DNA of 64,000 bases from Squalus acanthias (taxonomy: Eukaryota). Positions 51,307 through 62,726 of the stretch are shown one piece after another (position 1 is the stretch's first letter; each line of letters starts with the position of its first letter). Location of the stretch: assembly GCA_030390025.1 (NCBI GenBank), contig CM059432.1, positions 150,352,001-150,416,000 of the forward strand. The letters run 5' to 3'. Both the position numbers and the translations under genes were made by a program. The notes under the pieces are model-generated. The model worked only from the letters and a program-made list of their open reading frames with translations. It was not told the origin of the DNA and searched no databases.

Positions 51307-52945
51307 ATGGGTGGTACCATAGCAACCAATCAGGTCATCAAGTCTACTGTTCAGGAACAACTGGTGCTGTGTTACAGACAATGAGGAGATATTATGGACA
51401 TAATGGTTTGTCGACTGTCAACTTAGTTTAATAAGCGTGGTAACTAGGCCAACAAGCTGTCTAATTGTGTACTTTATAGGCCAGCAGAAGGCTGTGAACA
51501 ATGCAATGAAATAAGGATGTATAAATTAGCAAATAAAATCTGAATAATTTGTTTACTTTCATGTAAAATGAAATCTTACCGTTCTGATATGGGCAAAAAG
51601 TAGGTTCAGTTAAGCACTGAATTTATTTTAATATTTGTAAATTCACATAACTTTTTTTATTATTAACAATGGTAAGGGTTTGCAATATTCTACTAGTACT
51701 GTACCTGTAGATGGTGTTGTGAGGGTCACATTAAGTACAGTAAGGTTTAACTAATGTTATGTGACCATGCTACTTGAGCAGACCCTGAACCCGCCACCAC
51801 GCCGCCCCCCACCACCACACCATGCTCACCCTCCATCTTTGCATTATGAAGCTTTCGTGAGCATATCTGAATGAATTCTCCTTTCTGTTGCTCTTCTCTT
51901 AACCTTAATCTGAGCCTGAAAGAGTCAACTGTCATCAATTTTCCATCATTGTTCTCTTGTTCGTTAAGTCGTATAAAAGTGCGCTCATCCTGATCCTGTG
52001 CCCACCATTTATCTTCTGGTCCTTATGTTTTAAAGTGTCCCTTACAGATCATGTACACACCTTGCACCTCCTGACTCTAAAGTCCTTTCTTGCTGATCTA
52101 GTGCATACTGTCAATTTCTCAATTGTGAGATTCTTTTAAAATGTCCTCTTGTCCCTCTTCTCCACACTATTCATCCCCTGTTCCCTCCAACATTTTCAAC
52201 TTTCATCTTTCTGACCACATGTTGGAAGTTTCCCTGGGGCCAAATCGCCCCCACCCTCCCCCAAACTCACCAGCAGTCCTGGGAGGCCAAATTCACTCTC
52301 CACCACCGAAGAGCAGTCCTGGACTCCTCCCCTGCAGCAAGACCAGTCAGGATAGTTATCCCTGCTTCATCATGTATCCAAACTGCTCAGTGTATATTGA
52401 CTTCCCACTCCACTAAGAAGTGGGGTGGGGACAGTGCAGCTCTCCCCTCCTGCAAGGCCAGATTTTCTGCTTAGCATGGGGGAGGAAGGAACAGCTCACC
52501 ACAATTCTCACTAGTAAACTCCCTCCCTACCCCAGTGAGAAATCCAGGCCAGATGGAGGGAAGGAGAACTCCCCTGCCCATCTCCACCGAGAGAGGTTGC
52601 GGATGTCCTCCACCCCTTCCCTTCCCTTTTTCCTTCTCCCATCCTTCTCCTCTGCTGCTCTTCTCCTCCTATTCTCTTCTTTCCTGTATCCCCTTCCCTA
52701 TACATCTTCCTCATCTCTGCATTCCTCTACCTTCTTCTCCCCTTCTCTGTCTACCTTCCCCTCACTTCTCCCATCTCCTTCTCCATCTGCTTTCACACTC
52801 CTTTATTTGCATTATTCCCAGGACCAAAAATGAGAGGTTGAATCCTGCTTCAGTTGCATATTTACATCCCACAACAGATCTTAGATTGCATCAAGCCACT
52901 AAAAGCTGCCTCTTGAGACACGTTTCAATAAATGCATGATTCAAA

Positions 52946-53412
52946 CAGCGGTGGCTCAGTTGGTAGCTCCCTCACCTCTGAGTCAGGAGGCTGTGGGTTG
53001 AAGTCCCACTCCAGAGACGAGCACAAAAATCTAGGCTGACACTCCAGTGCAGTGCTGAGGGAGTGCTGCACTGTCGGGGGTGACATCTTTCAGATGAGAC
53101 GTTAAACCGAGGCCCTGTCTGCTCTCTCAGGTGGACGTAAAAGATCCCATTGCACTATTTCGAAGAAGAGGTGGGGAATTATCCCCTGTGTCCTGGCTAA
53201 TATTTATCCCTCAATCAACATCACTAAAAAAACAGATTATCCGGTCATTATCACATTGCTGTTTGTGGGCGCTTGCTGTGCACAAATTGGCTGCCGCATT
53301 TCCTACATTACACCAATGACTACACTTCAAAAAAAGTACTTAATTGGCTGTAAAGCGCTTTGGGACGTCTGGTGGTCATGAAAGGCGCTATATAAATGTA
53401 AGTCTTTCTTTC
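52946..53412 (+). mobile_element. Full-length Deu-SINE (SacSINE1-like)
   Basis: GGTGGCTCAGTTGGTAG A-box, GGTTGAAGTCC B-box, Deu core, and GGCGCTATATAAATGTAAG(TCTT)n tail. Confidence 0.92.
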
Positions 53413-55990
53413 TTGGTGCAGGGGGTAGAATGGAGGAGACAGGTCCTCTACCTGCAGGAGGCCCTCCAGACTCACAGTCAGAAGGCAGTGGGAGCAGATA
53501 GCTGAAGCGGTCACTGCCAGCAATCTTGCCCTGAGGACCTGGAACCAGTGCCAAAAGAAGTTCAACGACCTCACACGAGTGCTCAAGGTCAGTTAATGCA
53601 TCTTCAAAAGCCGTCTCCCATCAACTGCACCACTAGCCTCACACACTGCTCAAAGTACCACACCCCCATCACTCACCTACCAACAATCTCTATCAATCAC
53701 GACTCATACCTCACATTCATAGCTTCACCTCACCATCACGCACTTACCACTGCTGCAAGCCTTGCACCCACATCTCACGCACACTGCCAGCTATTCACCC
53801 ATGACAGGCACATCACGCAAACACATTGCACCGCACTCACTCGCACACTTCCCTTTCTCTTACAGGACAAGGTAGCTTACAGCCACAAACAGCAACAACT
53901 AACCGGCGGGGGACAGACAAGCTTGCATATCCTGACCCAGCTGGAGGAGACCGTGCTTGACATTATTGGAGGGGACATCACTGAGGCCGTGGCGATCGGC
54001 GGGGTTGAAACCATTGAACAGAACGGTATGCTCATACCTAATCCTCCATCTCACAGCCCACAATCGAGCCGATAAGTGGCAAATAACATTCGTGGGGCAC
54101 ACAAGTGCCAGGCAATCACCATCTCCAACAAGAGAGAGTCTAACCACCTCCCCATGATGCTCAATGGCATTACCATCATCAAACCCCCCAGCATTAACAT
54201 CTTGGGGGGGTCACCATTGACCAGAAACTTAACTGGACCAGCCGCATAAATACTGTGGCAACAAGAGCAGGTCAGAGACTGGATATTCTGCGGCGAGTAT
54301 CTCGCCTCCTGACTCCCCAAAGCCTTTCCACCATCTTTAAGGCACACGTCAGGAATGTGATGGAATACTCTCCACTTACTTGGAAGAGTGCAGCTCCAAC
54401 AACGCTCAAGAAGCTTGACACCATCCAGGACAAAGCAGCCCGCTTGATCGGCACCTCATCCACCACATTAAACATTCACTCCCTCCACCACCGGCGTACC
54501 GTGGCTGCAGTGTGTACCATCTACAAGATGCACTGCAGCAACTCGTCAAGGCTTCTTCAGCAGCACCTCCCAAACCCACGACCTCTACCACCCAGAAGGA
54601 CAAGGGCAGCAGGCGCATGGAAACACCATCACCTCCAAGTTCCACACCATCCTGACTTAGAAATATATCGCCGATCCTTCATCATCGGTGGGTCAAATCC
54701 TCCACACGGACTACAGCGGTTCAAGAAGGCGGCTCACCACCACCTTCTCAAGGGCAATTAGGGATGGGCAATAAATGCTGGTCTTACTAGCGACGCCCAC
54801 ATTCCATGATTGAATTAAAAAAAATCTCTTCTCACTTACAAACTGGTGATGGAGTAAGCATTCATATCTTGCTTTCCCCCTGCCCCTCACCACAACCCTA
54901 CCCTTGTCCCTTTCTCCTTTTAGATACCCAAGGACTCCAACCTGCCCAGCCAGTACAGGAAGAGCAAGAGGAGAGCGATGGAGAAGAAGAGACACTGTCA
55001 CTCAATCCCACACTCGCAGGCACCAGCTCAGATACAGACGCTGCACGTACTTTAGAGGGTAGTAAAGAGGCGGGATCTGCATGTACTGAGTCACCTGGCA
55101 CGAGTGGCCTGCAGCCACGGCAGGGGGAAAGGGTAGCTCAGGTGCCAGCTCCCCGGAGGGTGAGGTCGCACACGAGTTCTGCTGCAGAGGACTCAGATGA
55201 GGACTTCGATGGGGTGGTCTACAGCAGAAGGGTGATGGGCATGCACACAGAAATGCTTGGAGCATTGGCAGGCTTGCCAGAGAGCCTCTCGTCACTGTCA
55301 AAGAGCATCGAGGAGTCCAGCTCCAATCTTGCACGGGCCTTTGTGCAGAGCTTGGAGCCCATGATTTTCAGGATAGAAGTGATGGGCAACTCCATTCGAG
55401 CACTTGTGGACCTAACCATGATGCAGGGTCTGATGGGCAATGGCTCAGCTTCCACTGCAGCACAAGCAGAAGTGATCCAATGTCTGAGTGCTACAGTGGA
55501 AGCTCAGACTTCTGTAATGCAGGCTCAGACTGCTGCCATCGTGGCTGCGTTTACCAGTGTGGAAAGGGACCTGCAGGGTGTCACAGCAGTCCAGCAATCT
55601 GTCCTCCAACAGATTGCTAGGATTACTGAGGTGTCGCCCTGGGGGAGTAGCAGTGGCTCCGTGGTGCACGAACCTGGTGTCCTCTCTCAGGAAGACAGCA
55701 TTTGTGCTCCCACCACTGCCACTCTGCCAGTGTCCTTGCTGTTGCCTGTCATCCAGTCAGCCCAAACTGCTGCCGCCCATGCTGAGGTGGTGCAGTCTAC
55801 AGTTGGGCCTTCTAGGCCCAGAGCTGCTCAAGGTCATCCTGCAAGGCCATCTGCAGTCTCCCCCACTGAAAGTCAACAGCCTTCAACCAACCATGCTGCG
55901 GCCACTGGGGTAGCACTGCGTAGGAGCACTAGGACAGGCAAAGGCACACAGAAGACAGGCACTAAGGGAATGTACAAGGGTGATTACTGA
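53413..55990 (+). pseudogene. Harbinger Myb/SANT-like protein gene (exons ~53413-53587, 53866-54025, 54924-55990)
   Basis: Exon 1 reads RRQWEQIAEAVTASNLALRTWNQCQKKFNDLTRVLK|GTCAGT. Exon 2 reads TTACAG|DKVAYSHKQQQLTGGGQTSLHILTQLEETVLDIIG...G|GTATGC. Exon 3 starts TTTTAG|AT in matching phase 1 and is open to TGA 55990. The start codon is lost and exon 1 is frameshifted. Confidence 0.85.
54070..54823 (+). mobile_element. CR1-group (Crack/Daphne/L2B-like) LINE 3' fragment in Myb intron 2
   Basis: ATRAGQRLDILRRVSRLLTPQSLSTIFKAHVRNVMEYSPLTW...KKLDTIQDKAARLIG; ends GGGCAATAAATGCTGG...TGAATTAAAAAAA. Confidence 0.85.
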
Positions 55991-56149
55991 CTTTAGTATG
56001 TAATATTGGATTGGATGATTTATAAATGTGGTTTGGAATGTTTGTTTTGTGATGGCTTTCATTTCAGCATTGTGGCCAATCGGATGCTGTGATTTACTGT
56101 GACTGAGGGATGGTAAGGTGGGGAAGTATTGAGCAATGGGGATCTGGGG

Positions 56150-57243
56150 TTTCATTAAGGGGAACCGGAGTCTGATGATGCGTTCACGGACAGCCTGTCC
56201 AGAACATGAATGTGTAGGTTGCCTCCTCCCTTCCTGCTCCTCAGGTGGTCGCGGAACCCCTGGTGGCAATGACTGCGCCCTCATGATGGCCAAGTTGTGG
56301 AGGATGCAGCAGACCACCATGATTTGGGACACCCGCTCCAGCAAGTACTAGAGGGCCCCTCCCGAGCGGTCAATGCAATGGAACCATTGCTTGAGCACCC
56401 TTATGGTCTGCTCGATGATGTTCCTGGTGGCAACATGGCTCTCCTTATATGAGTGCTGGCCACGAGTGGTGGGGTTGCAGAGGGGAGTCATCAGCCAGGT
56501 GTAGAGCGGATAGCCCTTGTCTCCGAGCAGCCACTCTCTGGTTTATGGTTCTGGAAGATTGCTGGCACAGCAGACTGGCGCAGGATGAAAGCATCATGAC
56601 TGTGCCAGGATACCGGGCATTCACCAGCATGATGTGCTGGGCGTGGTCGCACACCAACTGCATATTAAGTGAGTGGTAGCCTTTGCGCTTACGGAACATC
56701 TCACCATTGAGACGCAGTGCCTGCAAAGCCACGTGTGTGCAGTCGATGGCGCCCTGCACCATGGGGAAGCCTGCTATCATGACAAAGCCACATGCGCATT
56801 CCTGCTTCTCTCGGTTTAGAGAGAAGACAATGAAGTCCCCTCTCCTAGAGTACAGAGCCTCTGTGACCTCCCGGATGCGGCGATGGACGGCGAACTGTGA
56901 GATGTTTGCTATGTCGCCTGTTCCAGCCTGGAAGGATCCGCTGACAGAAAGATTCAGGGCCACGATCACCTTGAGGGCCAATGGCAGTGCCGTTGTTGCC
57001 CTGCTCTGAGGCTGCAGGTCTGGTTTCAAGAGGTGGCAGAGTTCTGTGACCACCTCCTTGGTGAAGCGGAGTCACCGAACACACTGCTCCTGGCTTAGGT
57101 GCAGGAAAGAGACAAACTCCTTGAAGACCCAAGGTGGGTAAGACCACCTGCTGAGAGCCCTCCTCCTCCTCCTCCCTCTGTGAGCAGCTTGTTTTCTTTG
57201 CTGCCTCTGCTCCATTTCCCTGTCATGCAACTAGAGCCCCCAT
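56150..57243 (-). pseudogene. Harbinger transposase (HARBI1-like DDE nuclease), disrupted
   Basis: [68 protein letters not shown] and VVCCILHNLAI, with several stops and frameshifts. Confidence 0.92.
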
Positions 57244-57734
57244 GACTGGGAGCAAGTGGTGTAGTCAGAGGCCTTCCAGTAGCAGCCAACACCTTCCCAA
57301 CATCCAGCAGCAATCCCTGCACACAGTAACAACCTTTTAAATCTCTTACAGCAACCCAGCACTCTGCAAGAGCCATTACCAAAGCAAAAATCAACTTACC
57401 TGCAGGTTGGATGTATCCCTTTAAGTAGCACTGGTGGGGTGGGGGGGGGGGTCCCTCCTGCAGCTTAATGCACATTCAGCTGTGCGTGTTTAGGGGAGGG
57501 CGTTGAATGGAGTGGCGACGTCGAAAATGACAGGACGTGCGTCAAATCAGTGTTAGAGGCTGAGTGACGCCACGATCTGCTTACTCTGCATACTGACGGC
57601 GCACGCACATACTGCCCGCTCTATCGCCCTCCGCAAGATGGGGAACAGCACTAGCCGCGCCGGAAGTGAGGTGGATGCCATTTAAAAAAAGCCAAATCTA
57701 CCAGTGCTATGGGGTTGAATTTTGCGGCCTAAAC

Positions 57735-57940
57735 ACCTGAGGCCCAAGCACTGATCCTTGTGGCACTCCGTTAGTTACACCCTACTATCCCGAAAATGAC
57801 CCATTTATTCGTACTCGCTGTTTTCTGTCCGTTAACCAATCCTCAATCCATGCTAATATATTACCCCGAATCCAATGAGCCCTAATCTTGAGTAACAATT
57901 TCTTGTGTGGCACCTTATCGAATGCCTTCTGAAAATCCCA
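57735..57940 (-). mobile_element. CR1 RT fragment
   Basis: Minus strand DFQKAFDKVPHKKLL...GVPQGSVLGPQ. Confidence 0.88.
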
Positions 57941-58419
57941 ATTGCATGTGCCAGTGATTGTAAAGCAGTGAACATTTTGGAGCCAAATTAAACACTGTAA
58001 CTAGCTTAGGCATCTGAGGAGTCATTTTAAAGTTTGTACTCTTGGCACAGAGCCTTGACCACCAGAGGCGCTGAGTGAGAATCAGCCATGACCCCAGAAC
58101 ATTCAAATAAATCACGGGGAGCATCCACTCAAATTGTTGCTGTGCATTCCCAGCAGGCCAAGCTCAGAGGTAGGAGAACAACCGAGTGTAATTAGCCCTC
58201 TGTACTTCAGACATGGCCCCATCGTCAGCAACTACAGCTTTTTATACCATCTATTAAAATGCAGCTTTCTTTTTAGTTTGCATATGCAAAGGTCTGGAGT
58301 AGACATAGCTCAGGAACTACACCCACAACCTTCTAGGGAGGAGGCAGGCAGTGTTCTGTCTGCGCTGTTGTGACACATGTTTTTCATACTCTTATTTAAA
58401 AGTGGGAAGTGATTTCATG

Positions 58420-58640
58420 GATATGGGTGATGCAGGGGTCAGTGCACTGTCCTTTCACTTCTTGGAACGAAGTTCAAATCCAGTCCAAACTGATGAGATG
58501 AAATTCTTTTCTGCGGGCTGTAAGATCCTATGTGAAATGAGTTTGTATCACTTCAATCTAGTTCCTAATTGACATTAGTCCACAATACAAAACTGTCCAT
58601 AATTTGACAATCTATGGGACCAAACTGGCAAAGAATTTCA
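58420..58640 (+). mobile_element. Ancient LF-SINE-like relic
   Basis: CCTTTCAC...GTTCAAATCCAG and CCTATGTGAAATGAGTT...AGTTCCTA...GTCCACAATACAAAAC resemble the LF-SINE consensus as I recall it. Confidence 0.55.
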
Positions 58641-58732
58641 AATAAGCTCCTACTATAGTTGGAATAGAAAACAGGAATGTCACAATAGCACAACATGCAC
58701 AAAGTAAACCAACCCATGTCCACAGTTAGTAA

Positions 58733-58942
58733 TACGATAGCAAAATACTGTGGATGCTGGAAATCCGAAATAACAACAGAAAACGCTGGAAAAACTCAGC
58801 AGGCCAGGCAGCATCCGTGGAGAGAGAAACAGAGTTAACATTTCAGGTCGATGACCTTTCATCAGATGAAACGTTAACTCTCTTTCTCTCTCCACGGATG
58901 CTGCCTGGCCTGCTGAGTTTTTCCAGCGTTTTCTGTTGTTAT
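58733..58942. mobile_element. Penelope-derived fold-back element with hammerhead core
   Basis: 14-bp TSD TCCACAGTTAGTAA (58719-58732, 58943-58956). 77-bp inverted arms 58769-58845 / 58867-58943 with 2 mismatches. Confidence 0.9.
58833..58865 (-). ncRNA. Minimal hammerhead ribozyme core (5' strand of stem I lost at the inversion junction)
   Basis: Minus strand CTGATGA-A-AGGTC atc GACCT-GAAA-TGTT-AACT. Confidence 0.6.
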
Positions 58943-59879
58943 TCCACAGTTAGTAAGTCTAAATACAAATGCCCAATTTAACATAAATAAAAGATTGATT
59001 TCAAGGTTATACCATCAGGGTTCAAATGACTGGCATAAAGTCATAGTTTAACATGTCACCTGTGCCACTTGTATCCATCTTAGTAACTTCTGTTCTACAT
59101 ACCACCATGTTATGGAGGGTATGAAGGCATGGAAGTTGAGATTTTTGGAGTCTCCAGCTCCAGTATAGCTCAGTGGCAGAGGTCCACTGAACAATCAACC
59201 ATCAAAGTGATGATAAGCCATGAATCCCAAAATCCTCAAGTAAGTTTCTGGCAGAATCTGCTCATACATGTTGTCAGTCAGAATTTCAACTCGTGTCAGC
59301 TCGTCAACATTTCACAAGAAGAATCAGCCTTTTCACTAGTACTGGAGATTGTTGGCATCAACTTTTCGATTATTTGGAAGGTGAGTCTGGTGCCTATTAG
59401 TACCAGATAGGTTGGAGGGTGGAACTGGAACCAGATGTTACTCTCTCCCATTATTTGTTGTGCACAAACATGGCAGAAAAATTAAAAATCAGATGTTGGT
59501 TTCTAAAAATCCTAGTCACAGATATAGTTAGTGCTTGGACTGGATTTGAACTTAGGCCCAAGAAATGAAAAGACAGTGCACTGACCCCTGCATCACCCAT
59601 ATCCATGAAATCACTTCACATTTTTAAATAAAAGTATGAAAAATATGTTACCTTATATAAAGGCTTATGTTCCTTAATACTGGCTGCAATGTAATACTGT
59701 TTGCAACTGCTTTCGTGCGATAAGGATGATGATCCCTGGTATTAACTGGCTTAATTTGACAATTCTCATCACTGTACTTGTGGAATTGCATGGTTTTGAT
59801 ATAAAATAGGGAGTGGCTTGGAGTGATACATTTTAGGTAATTAAAAATGACTAAGATTCACACTCAGAATTACAGCAGG

Positions 59880-60360
59880 TTATAAAATGGCCATAGGCAT
59901 TGAAGGAGGTGCAAAAAAAATTTTCATGGCTGATACCAGAACTGAGGTTATACCTATCAGGAAAGATTTAACCGAAAAGAGAACGCTAAGTGGTGACCTG
60001 ATAGAGGTCTTTAAGATTATGAAAGGGTTTGATAGGGTAGACATACAGAAGTTGTTTCCACTTGAGGGGGAGACCAAAACTCGAGGTCATAAATATAAGA
60101 TAGTCACTAATAAATCAAATATAGAATTCAGGAGAAACGTGTTTACCCAGAGAGTGGTTAGCAATGTTCCCCCTAAAGTGTGCGGCCGCATGGCCATGCC
60201 TCAACCGCGAGGTCCTCTGCAGGCTGCTGTCGCTGGAAGAGATATGGCGCAGCAAATTTAAAGGGACCGTGCAGCAAAAAAAAACTAGAGGGAACATTGA
60301 TGGTTAGAATGTGGAACTCGCAACCACAAGGAGTAGTTGAGGTGAATAGCATAGAAGTAT
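59880..60360 (+). mobile_element. CR1 3' fragment interrupted by a hAT MITE
   Basis: GDLIEVFKIMKGFDRVD...TRGHKYKI...RRNVFTQRVV|RMWNS. Confidence 0.85.
60162..60299. mobile_element. hAT-type MITE (138 bp)
   Basis: TIR CAATGTTCCCCCTA / TAGAGGGAACATTG. 8-bp TSD GTGGTTAG (60154-60161) / ATGGTTAG (60300-60307). Confidence 0.88.
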
Positions 60361-61725
60361 TTAGAAAAATAATGGAATCCCCACTAAAGGAGAAAATAGA
60401 AGAAATCTAGAAACCAAAAATATAATAATGAATAGTCAACATGGATTTCAAAAGGGAAAGTCTTGCTTGGCCAACCTCATTGGATTTTTTGAAGAGGTAA
60501 CAGAGAGAGTGGACAATGGTAATGCAGTAGATGTAATTTATCTGGATTTTCATCAAGGCCTTTGATAAGGTAGACCATAATAGACTGATGAACAAGGTCA
60601 GAGAATGCGGAGTCAGGGGACAAGTAGCAGAATGGATTGCTGGCTGGCTTCAGGGCAGAAAGTAGAGAGTAGGAGTAAAGGGGAGCTATTCACAGTGGCA
60701 GAAGATGGGTAGTGGTGTTCCACAAGGATCAGTGCTGGGACCACTGCTGTTCACAATTTACATTAACGATTTAGACTCAGGAATCAAAAACACAATTTCT
60801 AAATTTGTGGATGACACCAAATTGGGGGGGATAGTCAATACTGAGGAGGACTGCAACAAATTACAGGAGGACATTAATAAACTTGCAGAATGGGCATATA
60901 ATTGGCAAATGAAGTTCAACACAGATAAATGTGAGGTATTACATTTTGGTAGGAAGAATAAGGAGGTCACTTATCACTTGGAGGGTGCGAGTCTAGGTGG
61001 GGTAGAGGAACAAAGGGATCTAGGAGTACAAATACACAAATCACTAAAAGCTGTGACACAGGTTAGCAAGGCCATAAAAAAAGCAAACCAAGCTCTAGGG
61101 TTTATTTCTAGAGGAAAAGAATTGAAAAGTAGGGAAGTTATGCTAAACCTGTATTGAACCTTGGTTAGACCACACTTGGAGTACCGTGTACAGTTCTGGT
61201 CGCCATATTATAAAAAGGATATAGAGGCACTGGAGAGGTTGCAGAGAAGATTTACAAGGATGATACCAGAAATGCGAGGGTATACATATCAGGAAAGGAT
61301 GAACAGGCTGGGTCTCTTCTCTTGAAAAAAGGCTGAGGGGTGACCTAATAGAGGTCTTTAAAATTATGAAAGGTTTTGATAGAGTGGATACAGAGAGAAT
61401 GTTTCCACTTGTGGGGAAGAGCATAACTAGAGGCCATCAATATAAGATAGTCACCAAGAAATCCAATAGAGAATTCAGAAGAAACTTCTTTACCCAGAGA
61501 GTGGTGAGAATGTGGAACTCGCTACCACATGGAGTGGTTGAAGCAAATACTATAGATGCATTTAAGGGGAGGCTAGACAAGCATATGGAGGGAGAAGTGA
61601 ATAGAGGGTTATGCTGATAGATTTAGATGAGGAAAGACGGGAGGAGGCTCGTGTGGAGCATAAACGCCGGAATGGACTGGTTGGGCCGAATGGCCTGTTT
61701 CTGTGCCGTATATCCTATGTAATCC
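60361..61725 (+). mobile_element. CR1 LINE, 5'-truncated
   Basis: SQHGFQKGKSC, GVPQGSVLGPLLF, KFVDDTKLGG and RRNFFTQRVVRMWNSLP, with a ...GAATGGCCTGTTTCTGTG tail. Confidence 0.93.
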
Positions 61726-62726
61726 TCCTTCAGTAATTTCTCAATCACCACTGCTGCTAACTGCGCTTTGTATACTGCAACAAAAAAAAACTACCTACAA
61801 AGTAGGTTATGCCAAGCACGTGTCTCGTCTCACTGCACTCTCCCCCTAACTCCTTGTCTGTTTTTGAATTGTCAGCTTCTTGGCGGCTCTGTCAGCTTTT
61901 TCAAAGCCGTTGGTCAGCTTTTGCTAGTTTTCTGAGTTGGCACGAATGTCATATTAACTAATAGCGTGTTTGTGCCAAGGCTGGTTCTACAGTTCTTGAA
62001 ATTCTCTTGACCTTGTCTTAATATCTGGGACTCTGTTGGCAGCCTACCATGATGTTGAAGGACCAGATCCTTTATACCTATCTTTCCATTTCCAAAGTGA
62101 AAAAAGGAGATATGCTGTCCTTGATATTACTTTCAACGTCAGCCATCTCACTTATGATGAAAGAGGTCAGTTATTGGATATTGTAGGTTTCACCCTTTTC
62201 TAGAAGCGTATGCAGATGTTGCAGAATCACACCCGAGAGGAAGATAGCTCTGAAGCAAATGATTGGCGACAGATAACAGAAAGAGGTTTTCTGCAGTCAG
62301 TCAGTCCTTGAAGGTTGACTTGCACTGTCCAAAAAGGAGTTGAAAAAACTGAGCTCGAAAGGCAAAGGTTAATTGAAGGACATCCCTCTCAAAGATGATG
62401 TAATGCAATCGATGATAACAGTAGAACAAGTACCGGGGGCCAGTCACAGCGTGGTCTTACAGTGCAGAAAGACATTACATGGGCTCTCTCCAAAAATCTC
62501 TTATGGATCATTGCATCCTTATGATTATCCCCAGATGGGTAGGTGACTAACCGCAGTGTAAATAGAGAAAAGAGTCCAACTAGCAATTTTCAATGTCTGC
62601 ACATTGTAACACAAATTAAAAGGTTAAAAAGAACTAGAAATGTTTTGGCCCATAGAAACAGCACAATGAACAGTTAGTAACATTATTAAGGTCAGTATCA
62701 GTCATCAGGATTTCAAGTTCAAACTT

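Larger units (their letters stand above)
53413..57729. mobile_element. PIF/Harbinger transposon, near-complete two-gene element lacking its left end
   Basis: Myb gene (+) and DDE transposase (-) are convergent. The right terminus GAATTTTGCGGCC is followed by TAA (57730-57732). Confidence 0.92.

Noticed and set aside
51747..52020. Minus-strand open frame (WWAQDQDERTFIRLNEQ...KMEG) with a GTGAG donor
   Set aside because: No recognisable homology and no phase-compatible partner exon; the length is compatible with chance.
52946..53020. tRNA gene (also heads at ~12.65, 16.8, 44.1, 45.4 and 62.75 kb)
   Set aside because: The A/B boxes run straight into the SINE body, so these are SINE heads rather than tRNAs.
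54806..55990. 394-aa stand-alone host protein
   Set aside because: The ATG lies in the LINE tail within the intron. The coding part starts at the 54924 acceptor as exon 3 of the Harbinger Myb gene.
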